From IMG/VR virus record IMGVR_UViG_3300008108_000013: a stretch of DNA of 64,000 nt; one strand, written 5' to 3'. This document shows, one piece after another, positions 36,487 to 50,300 of the stretch. The first letter of the stretch is position 1, and the number at the start of each line of letters is the position of its first letter. This stretch comes from a virus (lineage: Duplodnaviria > Heunggongvirae > Uroviricota > Caudoviricetes). The position numbers were made by a program, and so were the translations under genes. Under the pieces are notes generated by a model that was given only the letters and a program-made list of their open reading frames with translations, had not been told where the DNA came from and made no database searches.

Positions 36487-39400
36487 ATGGCTATTGGTCG
36501 TATTTCTGGTCCGCTCTTAAAGGCAAATCTGCTTCGTGACGGAGTTGATCTGGCTTTTGAGACTGACCTGCTTTATCTAGATGTTGTTAATGGCAAAGTT
36601 GGCATCAAAACGATTCCAAACGCTCTATCCGATTACGACCTCGGTGTTAACGGCACCACAAGAACTACAGATTTAGAAGTCATCAACCAAGCCGACATAG
36701 CTGAATTTAGCATAGTTGGCAATACCATATCAAGTACAAACGGAACAATAGTTTTAGAGCCAGCAGGCGCAAATCCTGTTGTCTATCAAGCTAAGTTAGT
36801 CTTAGACGATTTACAGATTAGCGGAAACACTATCGAAGTTACTGCAACTGACGAAGATTTAGATTTTAATACAGTTGGTACAGGCAAAGTCAATATTAAT
36901 AGTAATTTACAAGTTAATGGTGATGTTCACGTAACCGGTAATATTACAGCAGACGGCGACATTCAAATTGGTGATGCTGATACTGATAATATTACATTTA
37001 ATGCCGATATTAATAGTAATATTATCCCAGATCAAACAAACACATACGATTTAGGTAGCGATCCTTCGGTAGAATACACACCGGGCGAATTTGGAAAAGC
37101 CTGGAAAACAGCATGGATCAACGATGTAAATGCACAAACTGTTACTACAAATAACGTAATAGTTAACGGCATAGATCTAGCACAGCCTCAAGGTAATATA
37201 TATTATGTGGCTACTAATGGTAGCGACACTAATGCCGGCGAACACGAGCACGATCCAGTAGCAACATTAAAATATGCACTTAGCTTAACCAACGCTGGAG
37301 ATACTGTTTACATCTATCCAGGAACTTATACAGAAATATTTCCGTTAACAGTACCTGCCGGCGTCTCTATTCGGGGGTCTGGTATACGTGCAGTAACAAT
37401 ACAACCTACCGCAGGTACCGTTACAAAAGATGCGTTTTGGCTTAACGGCGAAACAACCGTTGAAGATTTAACAGTTGCTAATTTTAGATTTAATTCTGTT
37501 GACAATACAGGTTACGCTTTTAAATTTGCACCAGGATTTACAGTAACTAGCAGAAGCCCTTACATTAGAAATTGTACAGTAATATCTAAAGGATCGACTA
37601 CATCTGTAAGCGATCCATACGGTTTTGACAGCGACGATGCAGGTAAAGGCGCATACATTAACGGTGCAGACTCTGACCCAACAAGTAGAGAAGCATCGAT
37701 GTTATTTCATTCAGTAACATTCTTTACTCCCAATCAAGAGTGTATTGTAGCAACCAATGGTGCTAGAATTGAGTGGTTAAACAGTTTTACTTACTTTGCT
37801 GAAAAAGGAATTTATGGATATTCAAGTCCAGAAGGACTTGGCGGTGACGGAAAAACACGTTTAAGAATAGCTACTCAAACAGGTAGTTGGAATGTAGGTG
37901 ACACTCTAACATATTATGATACAGATGGAACAACAGTCCTAGCGAGCGGAACTATTGATGATATAGACGGGGAAACTGTTAGCATCGATGGTCGTCAGCT
38001 AGGCTTTGAAACCATTACCGATCGTGAAGGTAAAACAGTTTATGCACAGGGCAACGCTAAACTATCAACAGCACAGAAAAAATTTGGCACTGCAAGTTTA
38101 GTATTAGACGGTACAGGCGATTTTATTAATATTGTTAGTCAAGCAGATTTTGCCTACGGAACCGGTGATTTTACAATAGAATTCTTCTGGAGACCTACTA
38201 CATTAGGAACACAGCAGATATTACTAGACACTCGAACAGCTACAAATGACACAGCAATATATCTTGAAATGAATACTGCTGGTAACATACGATTATTTGT
38301 CAGCAACGCATATAGATTAACATCTAGTGTAGCCTGTACCGCTGGAACATTTAATCATATAGTATTATTCAGAATAGGCGGAGTTACAAAAATTGCAGTT
38401 AACGGCACAGTTACTCCTACAACATGGTCAGATTCTACTAACTATCCAGCAAGACCTTTTAGATTAGGTGCAGGTTGGACCGGCGGTTCACCATGTACCG
38501 GATACTTTGACGAAGTTAGAATTGTCAAAGGAGTAGCAAAATATAGCACTTCTGTTACAGTACCAACGCAGCCGCTCACTGGCGACTTATCTACCGTACT
38601 GTTACTGCACTTTAACGGTGCAAATAATTCAACAACATTTATCGACGACGGTGTCACTTATCAAGATTTAAGAACAACTTCAGGCGGTACATCGACCCTA
38701 ATCAACTTCGCTGATTATTCAGATTTTGGTGTTGAAATTCGTTCAATTGGATCTGCTTGTGTTTACGGAACATATGGTGCCTATGGTGATGGTCCGGGAG
38801 TCATAGGCTACCTAATCAGTCAAAACTTTGCCTACGTAGGGTCAGGCAAATTATCAACTAACGATCCAACTGATCGTATCGCGGCAAACGAAGTAGTCGA
38901 ACTAAATGGTGCTAGATTCTATCATACTAGCGTAGATAACGAAGGTAACTTTAGTGTTGGTGATGCGTTTTTTGTAAATCAACGAACTGGTGAAGTACTG
39001 TTCAACAGTCAAACATTAAATGTTACAGTTCCAGCAGGTGTTACATTTACAGACGGAGTTTATAGTACAACTATTACTTCAACTGAAATTAGTACAGGAA
39101 ATATTTTAATCAGCGGAAATACAGTATCAAGTGTAACCGGTGATGTTAATATTGTAGCAGCCAGCGGGGAAATTAATCTTCAAAATAATACTAATGTTAC
39201 AGGTAATCTTGATGTTACTGGCGATGTAACTATTGGTGGAAATATTATCGTTGGGGATCAAAATACTGATACTATTAATTTTGTTGGCGGTATCAACAGT
39301 AACCTGATTCCAGCAACTACTCAAACATATGATTTAGGAGCACCTAGCGATCGTTGGGATAACATCTATGTTAGCCGAGCAGAAATAGACGGCGTAGTAA

Positions 39401-40548
39401 TTGATAATAATACTATCGAAACAACAATAGGCAATGACAATCTAACAATTTCTGCCAACGGTACTGGTATTGTATCGATTCCAACTAGCGATGTAAGTTT
39501 AGGACAAGATCTAACAGTTGATGGTGATCTAACAGTAACTACAGGAACAACATCTCTAAAAGGAACACAAATTGTAGGCGATGTAGATATCACCGGAACT
39601 ATTAATCAAACCGGTGATATTACTACCAGCGGAACACTAGATGTTACTGGTAATTTAACTGCAACAGGATTCCTACAATTACCACAAATTACTATCTCCG
39701 GAAATACTATCAGTACAACAGCAACTAATACAGATTTAATATTAACTGCTAACGGCACTGGTAATATTATTGTAGAAGGTTTAGAAATAGCTGATACTAC
39801 AATTTCTGTCACAGGCACCGATCAAAGTATTACCCTAACACCGCAAGGAACAGGTAATGTAATAATCAATAGTGATCAAAGCGTACAAATACCTGTAGGA
39901 ACAACTGCTGATCGACCTGATCCAGCCGCAGTTGGTATGATTCGATATAATACTGATATAAATCAGTATGAAGGCTGGACTGGCAGTTACTGGCTATCAT
40001 TGGGCGGTGTTAAGGATGTAGACGGAAATACCTATATTTTACCTGAATCTACACCCGGTGCTAATGACGATACATTATATTTTTACGCCAACGGCAATTT
40101 AACTGTTACTGTTGATGCAGTAAAATTATTTACACAACGATTACAAACTGCAAGTTTAGATATTAACAGCAATACGATTACTACGATCAACAGTAATACT
40201 AATATAAACTTAAATACCAGCGGTACTGGTGCAGTGGTATTTGAAAACTTTAGCATTAAAGATAATGTAATTACAAATACAACCTCAGGCGCTGTAACAG
40301 AATTCACACAATCAGGTACCGGATATGTAAAAATTGCAGGAACTAACGGTGTAGTAATACCAGCAGGCGATACAGCAAATGACAGACCGTTATCTCCCGT
40401 AACTGGCATGATAAGATTTAATACATCATTGCAATTGGTAGAAGTATATAATGGATCTATTTGGGCCTCAGTGGCAGGTGTTAATGCAGGTATTACAATT
40501 TTCCAAGCTGAAGAGATCGGTATCGTTTCAGCACTAATTTTCGGATAA
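36487..40548 (+). CDS. Large tail fibre/appendage protein (paralog of 31680..36365)
   Basis: Near-identical N-terminus GRISGPLLKANL.R.GVDLAFETDL.YL and the same domain order including LamG (DFTIEFFW...GYFDEVRI). Confidence 0.7.
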   Translation: MAIGRISGPLLKANLLRDGVDLAFETDLLYLDVVNGKVGIKTIPNALSDYDLGVNGTTRTTDLEVINQADIAEFSIVGNTISSTNGTIVLEPAGANPVVYQAKLVLDDLQISGNTIEVTATDEDLDFNTVGTGKVNINSNLQVNGDVHVTGNITADGDIQIGDADTDNITFNADINSNIIPDQTNTYDLGSDPSVEYTPGEFGKAWKTAWINDVNAQTVTTNNVIVNGIDLAQPQGNIYYVATNGSDTNAGEHEHDPVATLKYALSLTNAGDTVYIYPGTYTEIFPLTVPAGVSIRGSGIRAVTIQPTAGTVTKDAFWLNGETTVEDLTVANFRFNSVDNTGYAFKFAPGFTVTSRSPYIRNCTVISKGSTTSVSDPYGFDSDDAGKGAYINGADSDPTSREASMLFHSVTFFTPNQECIVATNGARIEWLNSFTYFAEKGIYGYSSPEGLGGDGKTRLRIATQTGSWNVGDTLTYYDTDGTTVLASGTIDDIDGETVSIDGRQLGFETITDREGKTVYAQGNAKLSTAQKKFGTASLVLDGTGDFINIVSQADFAYGTGDFTIEFFWRPTTLGTQQILLDTRTATNDTAIYLEMNTAGNIRLFVSNAYRLTSSVACTAGTFNHIVLFRIGGVTKIAVNGTVTPTTWSDSTNYPARPFRLGAGWTGGSPCTGYFDEVRIVKGVAKYSTSVTVPTQPLTGDLSTVLLLHFNGANNSTTFIDDGVTYQDLRTTSGGTSTLINFADYSDFGVEIRSIGSACVYGTYGAYGDGPGVIGYLISQNFAYVGSGKLSTNDPTDRIAANEVVELNGARFYHTSVDNEGNFSVGDAFFVNQRTGEVLFNSQTLNVTVPAGVTFTDGVYSTTITSTEISTGNILISGNTVSSVTGDVNIVAASGEINLQNNTNVTGNLDVTGDVTIGGNIIVGDQNTDTINFVGGINSNLIPATTQTYDLGAPSDRWDNIYVSRAEIDGVVIDNNTIETTIGNDNLTISANGTGIVSIPTSDVSLGQDLTVDGDLTVTTGTTSLKGTQIVGDVDITGTINQTGDITTSGTLDVTGNLTATGFLQLPQITISGNTISTTATNTDLILTANGTGNIIVEGLEIADTTISVTGTDQSITLTPQGTGNVIINSDQSVQIPVGTTADRPDPAAVGMIRYNTDINQYEGWTGSYWLSLGGVKDVDGNTYILPESTPGANDDTLYFYANGNLTVTVDAVKLFTQRLQTASLDINSNTITTINSNTNINLNTSGTGAVVFENFSIKDNVITNTTSGAVTEFTQSGTGYVKIAGTNGVVIPAGDTANDRPLSPVTGMIRFNTSLQLVEVYNGSIWASVAGVNAGITIFQAEEIGIVSALIFG

Positions 40549-40552
40549 AAAA

Positions 40553-40894
40553 ATGGCAACATTATTTAAAAATAAACTAGAAGCAGGAATAGGAACTACA
40601 GAAATTGAAGTTATTGACATAGGTGCTCTTGCACGAGCAACTGTTATCGGTATGAGTTTTTCAAATCAAACAGCAGATGTTGTATTAGTTAGCATACGCA
40701 TAGAGAATACCGCAGAAGCACCGCCAAATAATAGTGCATACTTTGTTAAGAATATAATAGTTCCGCCTAACCAGAGTTTAAGAGTTATTAATGGCGGCGA
40801 AAAATTAGTATTATCAGGGAACATGAAAGTGCATGTTCAAGCCAGCATTGATGATAGTCTTGATATGGTGGCTAGCTACGTTGAAATTGTTTAA
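40553..40894 (+). CDS. Small structural protein
   Basis: 113 aa, beta-rich, similar to 30809..31114. Confidence 0.6.
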   Translation: MATLFKNKLEAGIGTTEIEVIDIGALARATVIGMSFSNQTADVVLVSIRIENTAEAPPNNSAYFVKNIIVPPNQSLRVINGGEKLVLSGNMKVHVQASIDDSLDMVASYVEIV

Positions 40895-40905
40895 GGAGAA
40901 TAGAA

Positions 40906-41274
40906 ATGAGTGGAACACATTATGTAGGGGCAATAGGAGATAATTCTGTATTAGGTTCTCCGGATCAACGCTATTTCTATGCTCTAAGAACAGACGAAGA
41001 TGGAAATATCTATTTTACAAGAATTGATACTTGGACTAGCAATGACCCTATAGAAATTAATAATCCCGGGGATGCAAACGACGACTGGGAATACTTTGAA
41101 TTAGGCGTTGATTTCTTTGATGGTAAAAACCCAGAAACACATGTAAAAGATTATCCAAATTTAGTACACGATCAGTATAGATTTGATCGAAGATCTCTGT
41201 ATTACTATATCAACGATGAAGGTGAGCTAGTCGTTAGATATAATCAATCATATAGCTACCCAAGCGATGTTTAA
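40906..41274 (+). CDS. Hypothetical structural protein
   Basis: AAGGAG RBS; FYALRTDEDG.IYF and YYYINDEGELVVR motifs. Confidence 0.6.
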   Translation: MSGTHYVGAIGDNSVLGSPDQRYFYALRTDEDGNIYFTRIDTWTSNDPIEINNPGDANDDWEYFELGVDFFDGKNPETHVKDYPNLVHDQYRFDRRSLYYYINDEGELVVRYNQSYSYPSDV

Positions 41275-41277
41275 AGC

Positions 41278-41284
41278 ATAAATA
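41278..41284 (+). promoter_or_regulatory. Late promoter ATAAATA for the giant fibre gene
   Basis: Motif lies in the intergenic gap 36 nt upstream of the ATG at 41321. Confidence 0.65.
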
Positions 41285-41320
41285 TAAAAATATGCTTATT
41301 TGAGTATAAAAGGATGAAAA

Positions 41321-44300
41321 ATGGCAGAATTTAAACTTGGCAGATTGCGTTTTGTATGGAAGGGTACTTGGACTAGCGGCACCGCATACGTTAAAGACGA
41401 CATTGTTAAATACGGCGGCACTTCTTATGTTTGTATGGCCGGGCATACAGCAAATGCAGACTTTAATGTAGATATTACAGCCAATAAATGGCAGATAATG
41501 TCAGCTGGTCAGCAATGGGTTTCGACCCCATGGACTGTAAGTACATCATATAAACTAAACGATCTCGTAAAATACGGTGGAAATATCTATGTCTGTACAA
41601 GCAATCATACATCTAGTTCTGTAACTAACGGCGGCTTTTACACAGACGAAACATCGGGAAAGTGGGACTTATTTTCATCCGGCAACGAATGGAAAGGTAT
41701 TTGGTTACCTAGTACATATTACAAATTAGGTGATCTTGTAAAATATAACGGCATCACTTATGTTTGTAGTATTCCTCACCTATCAGAAACTGGCGTTTAT
41801 TCAGGCGAGTCTATTGATTACATTAATATCGTCAGCGGCGGCCTCGATTATACTTCCGGGCTTTCTTTAGCATTTAGCGCACCAGAGTTAGTTGGAGGAA
41901 CACTGCCATCCGCAACTATTACAGTTAACGGTGCCGGAACTATTACAGGCATTACTTTTAGTAGCTATGGTAGTGGATACACATCAACACCTACAGTTTC
42001 GGTGCAAGGACCTACAGCTGGCGCCGGAGCAAATTTACAGGCTATTATAACATCATCGTTTGTTGACGGCTTAGAATCAGATCTTAACAAGTGGGAAGTC
42101 TTCAGCGAAGGATTTAAATGGAGAGGAGATTGGAACGGTAGTCAAATACCAGCTAGTCGAGTAGCGACATCTTACGCAGTTAATGATGTTGTAAAGTTTG
42201 GAGCTAGCCTTTATATTTGTGCAACAGCACATACTAGTAGCGCATCGGCATTTGAAGAAAACAAATGGGAAACATTTGTTGAAGGTCTACAATTTGAAGA
42301 TAGTTGGTCAGCAATCACCGAATATCAAGTTGGAGATATCGTTACATACGGCGGCTATGCCTATGTTGCAATAGCAAGAAACACTAGTCAAATTCCTCCT
42401 AATTCTGCAGGATTTTGGAATCTATTAACTACTGGGTTTAACAACAGATCAAGATACGAAAGTACACAAACATATAAAGTTGGTGATCTAGTATTATACG
42501 GTGGTAATACCTTTGTAGCAATAGAAGAAGTAACTACTAACGAAACTCCAAATTCAGCAGCCGCAAAATGGGAAAAAATTACCGACGGTTTCCGCTGGAG
42601 AGAGGACTGGGATCCAACACCAACCGAAGCTACCTACAAGATCGGAGACGTTGTTAAGTATAGTGCAAGCACATATCTTTGTATCGCTGAGCACGTTCCT
42701 TCAGATGTGGGAACAACTATAACAGCAACAGCAACATCTAGTACTGGCAATCAAGTAACAGTTAGCGATTCTTCCTTACTAAATGAAAATCAACCAATTA
42801 CATTTACCGGCACCGGATTTGGAAATCTAAATAATGGTGTTACTTACTATGTAAAAACTGTTGTTGACGGAACACATATTACTTTAAGTGAATCCTTAGG
42901 CGGTTCAACAAAGGTATTATTAACTGCTACAGGTTCTTTAACAGGTACCTTTACCTCAAGACCAGATCAGGACACAGGAATTTTTTGGGATTCGTTTGCC
43001 GAAGGCGATGCAAATAACGTTTTACTACGCAGAGGCGACTTAGTTACACGTAATGCAATTCAAAACGTTCGATTAGCAAAAGGACAAACTGGTTCTTTCT
43101 TAAAAGCAGGAGACCAAGATCTAGAGTGGGATTTAGTCGGAAGAATTACCCGAGTATTCTATGTTTCAACAGACGGTGTCGATGCTTCAACTAGAGGAAC
43201 TACTTTAAGTGATCCTTGGAGAACAATCAAATATGCTTGTGACTATGTAAGAACACAGGTTGTGCCAACTGTCGACCAACCAGCAGTTATTATGGTTAAG
43301 ACTGGTGTTTACTCTGAAGAGTTTCCTATTAGCGTTCCAAAGTATACATCATTAGTAGGTGATGAATTGCGTATGAGTATCGTGCAACCAACTGCCGATA
43401 CGTCAGGTAACGATAAGTTCTACATGCGCGATAGCACAACTATCCGTAACTTTACATTCCGCGGTGCTACCGGTGCTAACTTAGACAACGGATTAACTGA
43501 TACTTACACCGATGCAAACCAATATGGAACTCGTCGACCAACAGGCGGTGCTTGGGTTTCTCTAGATCCCGGTACCGGGCCTAATGACGAAAACGTATGG
43601 GTAGGACAGCGTTCCCCTTATATACAAAACGTTACATTATTCGGTGATTACTGCGTCGGCCAAAAAATTGACGGATCACTGCATAACGGCGGTAATAAAT
43701 CTATTACATCAAACGACTTTACTTGTGTATTGTCAAACTCAGTCGGCGCTTGGTGTTTAAATCAAGGGCGAGCAGAACTTGTTTCTGTATTCACATACTA
43801 CGGATATATTGGTTATCTTTGTGAAGCAGGCGGTGTTATCCGTGCTACTAACGGTAACAACTCTTACGGTGACTACGGTTCAGTATCGGAAGGTGTTGAC
43901 CCAACAGAAATTTCAAGAACATCAAGTGTAGACAATCGCCGATTAAATGCTATCGTTGATCGAGTACAGACTGACGGTGCCGATAAAGTTATCTACCTTG
44001 AATATTTAAATGCGGGCGAAGAATACACTACAGCCACATACGGCTTTACCGGATCTGGCGTTGGCAACACTATCATTACAACACCAGTTATTCAAGATGG
44101 CGGTGTGTGTGAAGTTCGAATTCTCGACGATGGCGAAAACTATACGTCTGTAACTAATAATGCGCAGGCAGGTACTAATCTTGACATTCGTCTAGGTGCG
44201 GCAGATATTGCTCTCACAAATGCATACGTTGGTGAAAGAATTATTATCATCGACGGTGCAGGATCAGGCCAATATGCTTATATTACTAGCTTTGATGGCG

Positions 44301-47300
44301 GCTCAAAATTGTGTACTCTCGGTATGGAGTCCTTCACGCCTTTAATTGTTACTAATACTACTTCAAGTACAAATAGATTAACCGTAGCAAATACTAGTAC
44401 TTTATCGGCAGATATGCCTTTTACCTTAACTGAAACAGCATTCGGCGGATTAGCTACTGCAACACAGTATTACGTGAAAGCCGTTATTAGCGGAACACAG
44501 TTTACAGCCTATACAGATACTGTTACTAAAACAGAAATAACGTTAACAACTGCTACTGGCGAAATGCACCTACATAAATCTGGGTGGGATACATTTGTTG
44601 AAGGCATTACTGAAACATTTACCGGTGCTACTAGAGCAAACCCAGTAGAAATAACTACAACCGTGCCTCATGCATTTTACACAGGAATGGAAGTATCTAT
44701 TTCGGGTGTAGTTGGTATGACACAATTAAATGGAAATACATATTACGTTTCTAAAACAGGGTCAAGTACTTTTACATTATATTCAGATCCTACCTTATTA
44801 GTGTCTGTAGATGGCACAGCTTATACTACCTATATTAGTGGTGGTACCGGGGTTGGAAAACAACCAGTATTAGAATTTTTAAACACCACATCACGATATG
44901 TTATTGAACCAAGAGTTGTAGTAGGTACAGGATCAGGCGCAAGTGCTACAGCAGTTCAAACTCAAGGTATTTCAACTATTGCTGTTTCAACAGGCGGCGG
45001 CGGCTTTACTATTCCTCCACAGGTTATTATTAGCGGTGACGGTACCGGCTCTGGAGGATTTGGTGCAACAGCAACTTCTACAATTGAAGGTGAAGTTGAA
45101 TCTGTGTTAATCTTAGATCGAGGTACAGGTTATGCTTCTCCTCCTACACTTACATTTGTTGGCGGCGGCTTACCAAACGGATCGCCAGATCATGCTACAG
45201 CTACAGCTACTATAACCAGCACCATTAAAACTGTAGAAGTTACAGACGGTGGTACAGGCTTTACAACTCCACCTAGTGTTACAGTATCAGGTACTGGTGG
45301 CTCGGGTGCTATTATATCAGCACAGATTAGTAACGTGGTCGGTGGAGTTACATTAACCGGCGGAACAAACAGCGGCGGTTCTGGATATACCAGTGCTCCA
45401 ACTGTAGAATTTATCGGCGGCGAACCTTTAGTGTTTGCCGAAGGTACTGCTGTTCTTGATGCAGAAGTAACAACAATCACAGTACAAGAAGGCGGTAGCG
45501 GATATGATGACACAACTACTTGCTTGTTGTTGGGCGGAGGCGGATTCGGTGCAACAGCAGACGTTGAAGTCGATTTTGGTAACTATGTTGCTGGAGTCAC
45601 TCCCGGAGTTATCACAGGAATAATTGTTACTAATAATGGTACAGGATATGCAACACCGCCAGCAGTAGTTATTTCAGGTACAGGTGTTGATGCTGTTGCA
45701 ACTTCAAATATTGAAGGATCTGTTAGCAGTATCACTATTACTAATCCAGGCCGAGGTTATCAGACAACCCCAACAATTACTTTTGCTAGCACCAGCGGTG
45801 CTGGCGCACAAGGAACTGTTACATTAACAGGTTCTGTAATTAGTTTAACAGTAGTCGATGGAGGAACCGGATGGGTTGGAACTCCAACATTAGGATTTAG
45901 TGGCGGTGGTGGCATTAATGCAACTGCAAACGTTACAGCAATGGATAGTGTATTAGGGGAAGTTACTCTTACTAGTTCCGGTACTGGTTATACTAGTAAT
46001 CCTGCAATTTCAGTCACTGGAGGCATAACATTCCCTGCTAGAAGTGCAATTCTAAGATCAAGAATCGATGGTATTGTACAAACTGTTACTGTAACTGATC
46101 CAGGTGGAAGCTATAATACATCGCCTCTAATAACATTTGCGGCAGGAAATCAATTTAAGACTCCTTTTGCCGGTAATCGTTATTATGTTAATGCTAGTGC
46201 AAGAATCGCAATCGGCATTTCACAAAAAGATCAGACATTAGCCGGAATCGAAAGATTGCGAGTTGTTGCTAGAGCAGTAGTACAAAATCTTGCTCCAGCC
46301 TCTGTATTCCAAACTGCCGTTACTCGAGTAACAGGCACAGCAGGCCCAAGCGGAATTGAAGACGCAGTTGATGTATGGACTAAATCTGTTTACTACACAA
46401 TACAAAACGGAGAAAATTATACCAACGCTAAATCATTAATTTTAGCCAACAGAGAATGGATCAGAGCAGAAGTAATGGAATTCTGGGATTCATTCTATCC
46501 AGGAGTAGCTACTGCGACATGGAGTAGAGATGTTGGTCTAATGATCGATGCAATAGCTACAGATATCGGATATAGAGGAGTAGATTATACTATATTAGCT
46601 GGCCTCAAACAAATTTTCCTAGGCACTGCTAGAACAACAAACTTAGCAGCCGCTGTATCGGGTATTGAATTTATTAGAGACCTAGTAATTGATATTATTG
46701 AAAATACCGTAGTTACTGCTCCTTTAACAGGAATTGCAATTACAGGAACTACAGGAACTACAAATAGAATTACTGCCGCCGATACTTCAATGTTATCGGA
46801 AGGTGATAATGTTATCTTTATAGGAACAGCATTTGGAGGTTTATCAGCAAATACCGTGTACTATGTGAAAGATATTATTAGTTCGACTGAATTTACTGTT
46901 TCTACAACTGTAGATGGATCAGCAGTAGTTTTATCAACAGCTTCCGGAACATTAACATTAAGTATGCAGTATATTGATGACACTTTAACATTAGAAACTG
47001 GATCAACAACTGCCGCAGAAAATCTCTTTAATTTTACTATTGAAATATTGGAAGCTGGTACGCTAGCAAGTTCATCCGGATTTGCATCCGTGGCTGGACT
47101 ACTATTAGCAAATAAACAATTTATTAAAGCTGAAGTAATTGCTTACATTAATACTACATACGAAGATTTTGATTACAATCAAACGTTATGTGCAAGAGAT
47201 GTAGGTTACATCGTTGATGCTATTTCATATGACTTAGTAAACGCTGAAGATAATAATCCTTCGGTTACCTCGTCTACAACCGGAGTTATTTCTTCTATTA

Positions 47301-50300
47301 CAGTAAACGACGGCGGCATTGGCTACAGCTCTGGAACTGTAATAACAATAACCGGCGGTGGCCCAGCTGTAACTACCACAGCAACAGCAACTCCGATCAT
47401 TAATTCTTTAACTGGTACAATTACTGGATTTACAATGACTGAAAAAGGCGCAGGATATTCCGCTACACCTTCAGTTGTGATAACACCTGATCCAGGAACC
47501 GGAGCATTTATTAGAGCAAAGATAGTCGGCGGTAATGTAAATTCAATGACAATCATTAGCCCAGGTTCCGGATACCTAGCAGGGCCAAATATTCGATTAA
47601 TTGATGCAAACAATACTAGCGATGCTAGGTTTATTGTAAGAACAGCAGACGGTGTTTTAGATCAACCAAGATTTACTAGCCGAGGAACTGGTTTTACAGC
47701 AGCCGATGCTTTAGTAGATGGTGATGGTTATGCAGATATTGCACAAGTAGGACAGTTTGTATATGTTGATAATCTAACAAACATTCCGACTCCAGGCGCT
47801 AACATTCAATTTGAAGATAGCGACCAATACTATAAATTAGTTACTATTAGAGAAGTATTAGGTCCAAGTGGCATTATCGGTGCTAGAAATATTTTACTGG
47901 AAAATAAAGAATTTATTCAGTGGGAAATTTTAAGCTATCTTAATGACTTCACTTACGATACAGTTAAATGTAGTAGAGACATAGGAATTATTATTGATGC
48001 ATTAACTGATGATTACACCTATGAAGGAAATACAAGATTACTGGCAGTGCTGTATCAACATCAAAGAGGAATTTTTGATTTATTCGATCAACAAAGAATA
48101 CAAACAGCATCTGCACTTCAAGAATTGCAAGATCTCATCAACGATGAATTAAGTGAAGATCCAACTGATCCGTTCTCTGTTGCAAGAAATCTTGATTTCT
48201 TAATCGAATGGGTTAAGAACGGAACAGCATATGAAGCAATACCTAGCTTAAATATGCCTAACGGAAATTTTGACACCCAAGATGACCGTGCTAAAAATTG
48301 TATCCTAGCAAACTTAACTTTTATAGCTAAACAAACAACTGCATGGATGGTTAATAATTCTAAGATTGTCGGGTTTACTGATGCTACTTTTGAAGCAGAA
48401 ATTAGACAAATTGCTATATCAGTGGCATATGACTTAACCTATACAGGTAATGTGCAGACTGTAGAATTTGGTAAGTCTTGTTTTGTTGATGGTAATTTAA
48501 CTATTCCGGGTGTTCCTGGAACAAGTGCAGCCGCTAAAGCTGACTACTTAGATATGCTAACATATCTAAATACTTTATTACAAGATATCGGAGAAAACAA
48601 TAACGTTACACCAGAATCAGGTAATACAACCGCACAAGATACTACGTTACCAGGCGGCGACACAGCGTCATCTGGTAGAATTAGTACACTAATGACAGGT
48701 TTCTCAGCTATCATTAATAACGGATTTGCAGGTTCGGGAGTAACGCTAACTAACTCAAACTTTACAGGGTTTAATATTACTTCTAGAAATGCTATCCAAG
48801 GAGTAAAGAGTACACTACAAAGCGATATTGTAACCTATGTTACTAACACCTTTGTAAACTTTACATATGATCAAGATGTATGTTTCAGAGATACAGGTCT
48901 AATAGTACAGGCGTTTGCCGATGACATATTTGGTGATGTTGCAAAAACAATCGAAGCAGGACAACGTTATTATGCGGCAACAGCGGCATTAGTGTTAAGT
49001 GATCAACGTCCGCAGACGCTCGCCGCATTAAATCAAATTGATTTTATTGTACAAAAACTAATTAGAAATCAAACCTATACTAGAACACAAACTAATGCGT
49101 TCCAGGTACGATTCCCGTCTATTACTAATGGCGACGAGGCTAGCGAACATTTAGCCGATCTAGCCAGAATTATCCGTAGAATTCTTGAATACGGTGAATT
49201 CTTAAATGACGTTAAACAGCTATTACTTGACAATAAAGCATTTATTCAAGCGGAGACCGTGGCATTCGTAAGCGCGAGTTATGAAAATCTTAATTACGAT
49301 GTCGGACTATGCTATCGAGATGTTGGTTTAATTGTTGATGCTATTGCGTATGACATCTATGGCGGATTATCAAGATCTCGAGAAGTTGGCCTAAGATATT
49401 ATCAAAGCGAAAGCGCATTAAGGGCGATTACCGGAGAGCAGTATGCTCCAACGATTGCCGCAATGAATTACGCTAAAGATATAATCCAGGCAGTATTTAA
49501 CAACGAAGACCCTGACATTAGATTCCAGGAAGTTGAAAGCCGTGTTAGTGATCCAACTGTAGTTTTCAATATTGATCAATTAGTAGTTGATGAAAAAATC
49601 GATACTTGCTTCACTACAATTATTAGTGTTATTAACAACGGTCCAAGTTCGTTACCAGAAGGGCGTTATAGTGCAAGATTGCAAATTAGCCCACCACTGA
49701 CTATCGAAACTGCGCCGGCACACGCTACACCGATGGTTATTAGAAGTAGATATTCTCAGGTTCGACTAACAGGACACGACTTCTTGAATATTGGTACTGG
49801 TAATAAGAATGATACTAACTATCCAGGTATTCCACTTAATGCTCCAAATCAAAATAACGAAATTGTAGAGCAAGGTGGAGGACGAGTATTCTATACTTCA
49901 ACAGACCAAGATGGTAACTTCCGAGTTGGTGAATTGTTTAAGGTTGAGCAGTCAACTGGTATTGCAACATTGAATGCTGATGCGTTTAACTTGTCAGGTT
50001 TGAATGAACTTACACTTGGCGGTGTTAATCTAGGCGGCTCTGGCGCAACAATTAACGAATTCTCAACAGACGGTACATTCTTTGCTAATAGCGATAGCAT
50101 TGTACCAACACAGAAAGCTATTAAGACATACATCCAGTCCGCACTAGGTTCTGGTGGTGGTAATATTGCTGTTAACGCGGTTACAGCAGGTGATGTATTC
50201 ATTACTGGTAAAGAAATTGATACAGTGGGCGGTGCAAGATTAACAATTTTATCTGATGATGGCCTATCGATCGAATCTTTAGTTAACAGCACATCGATTA

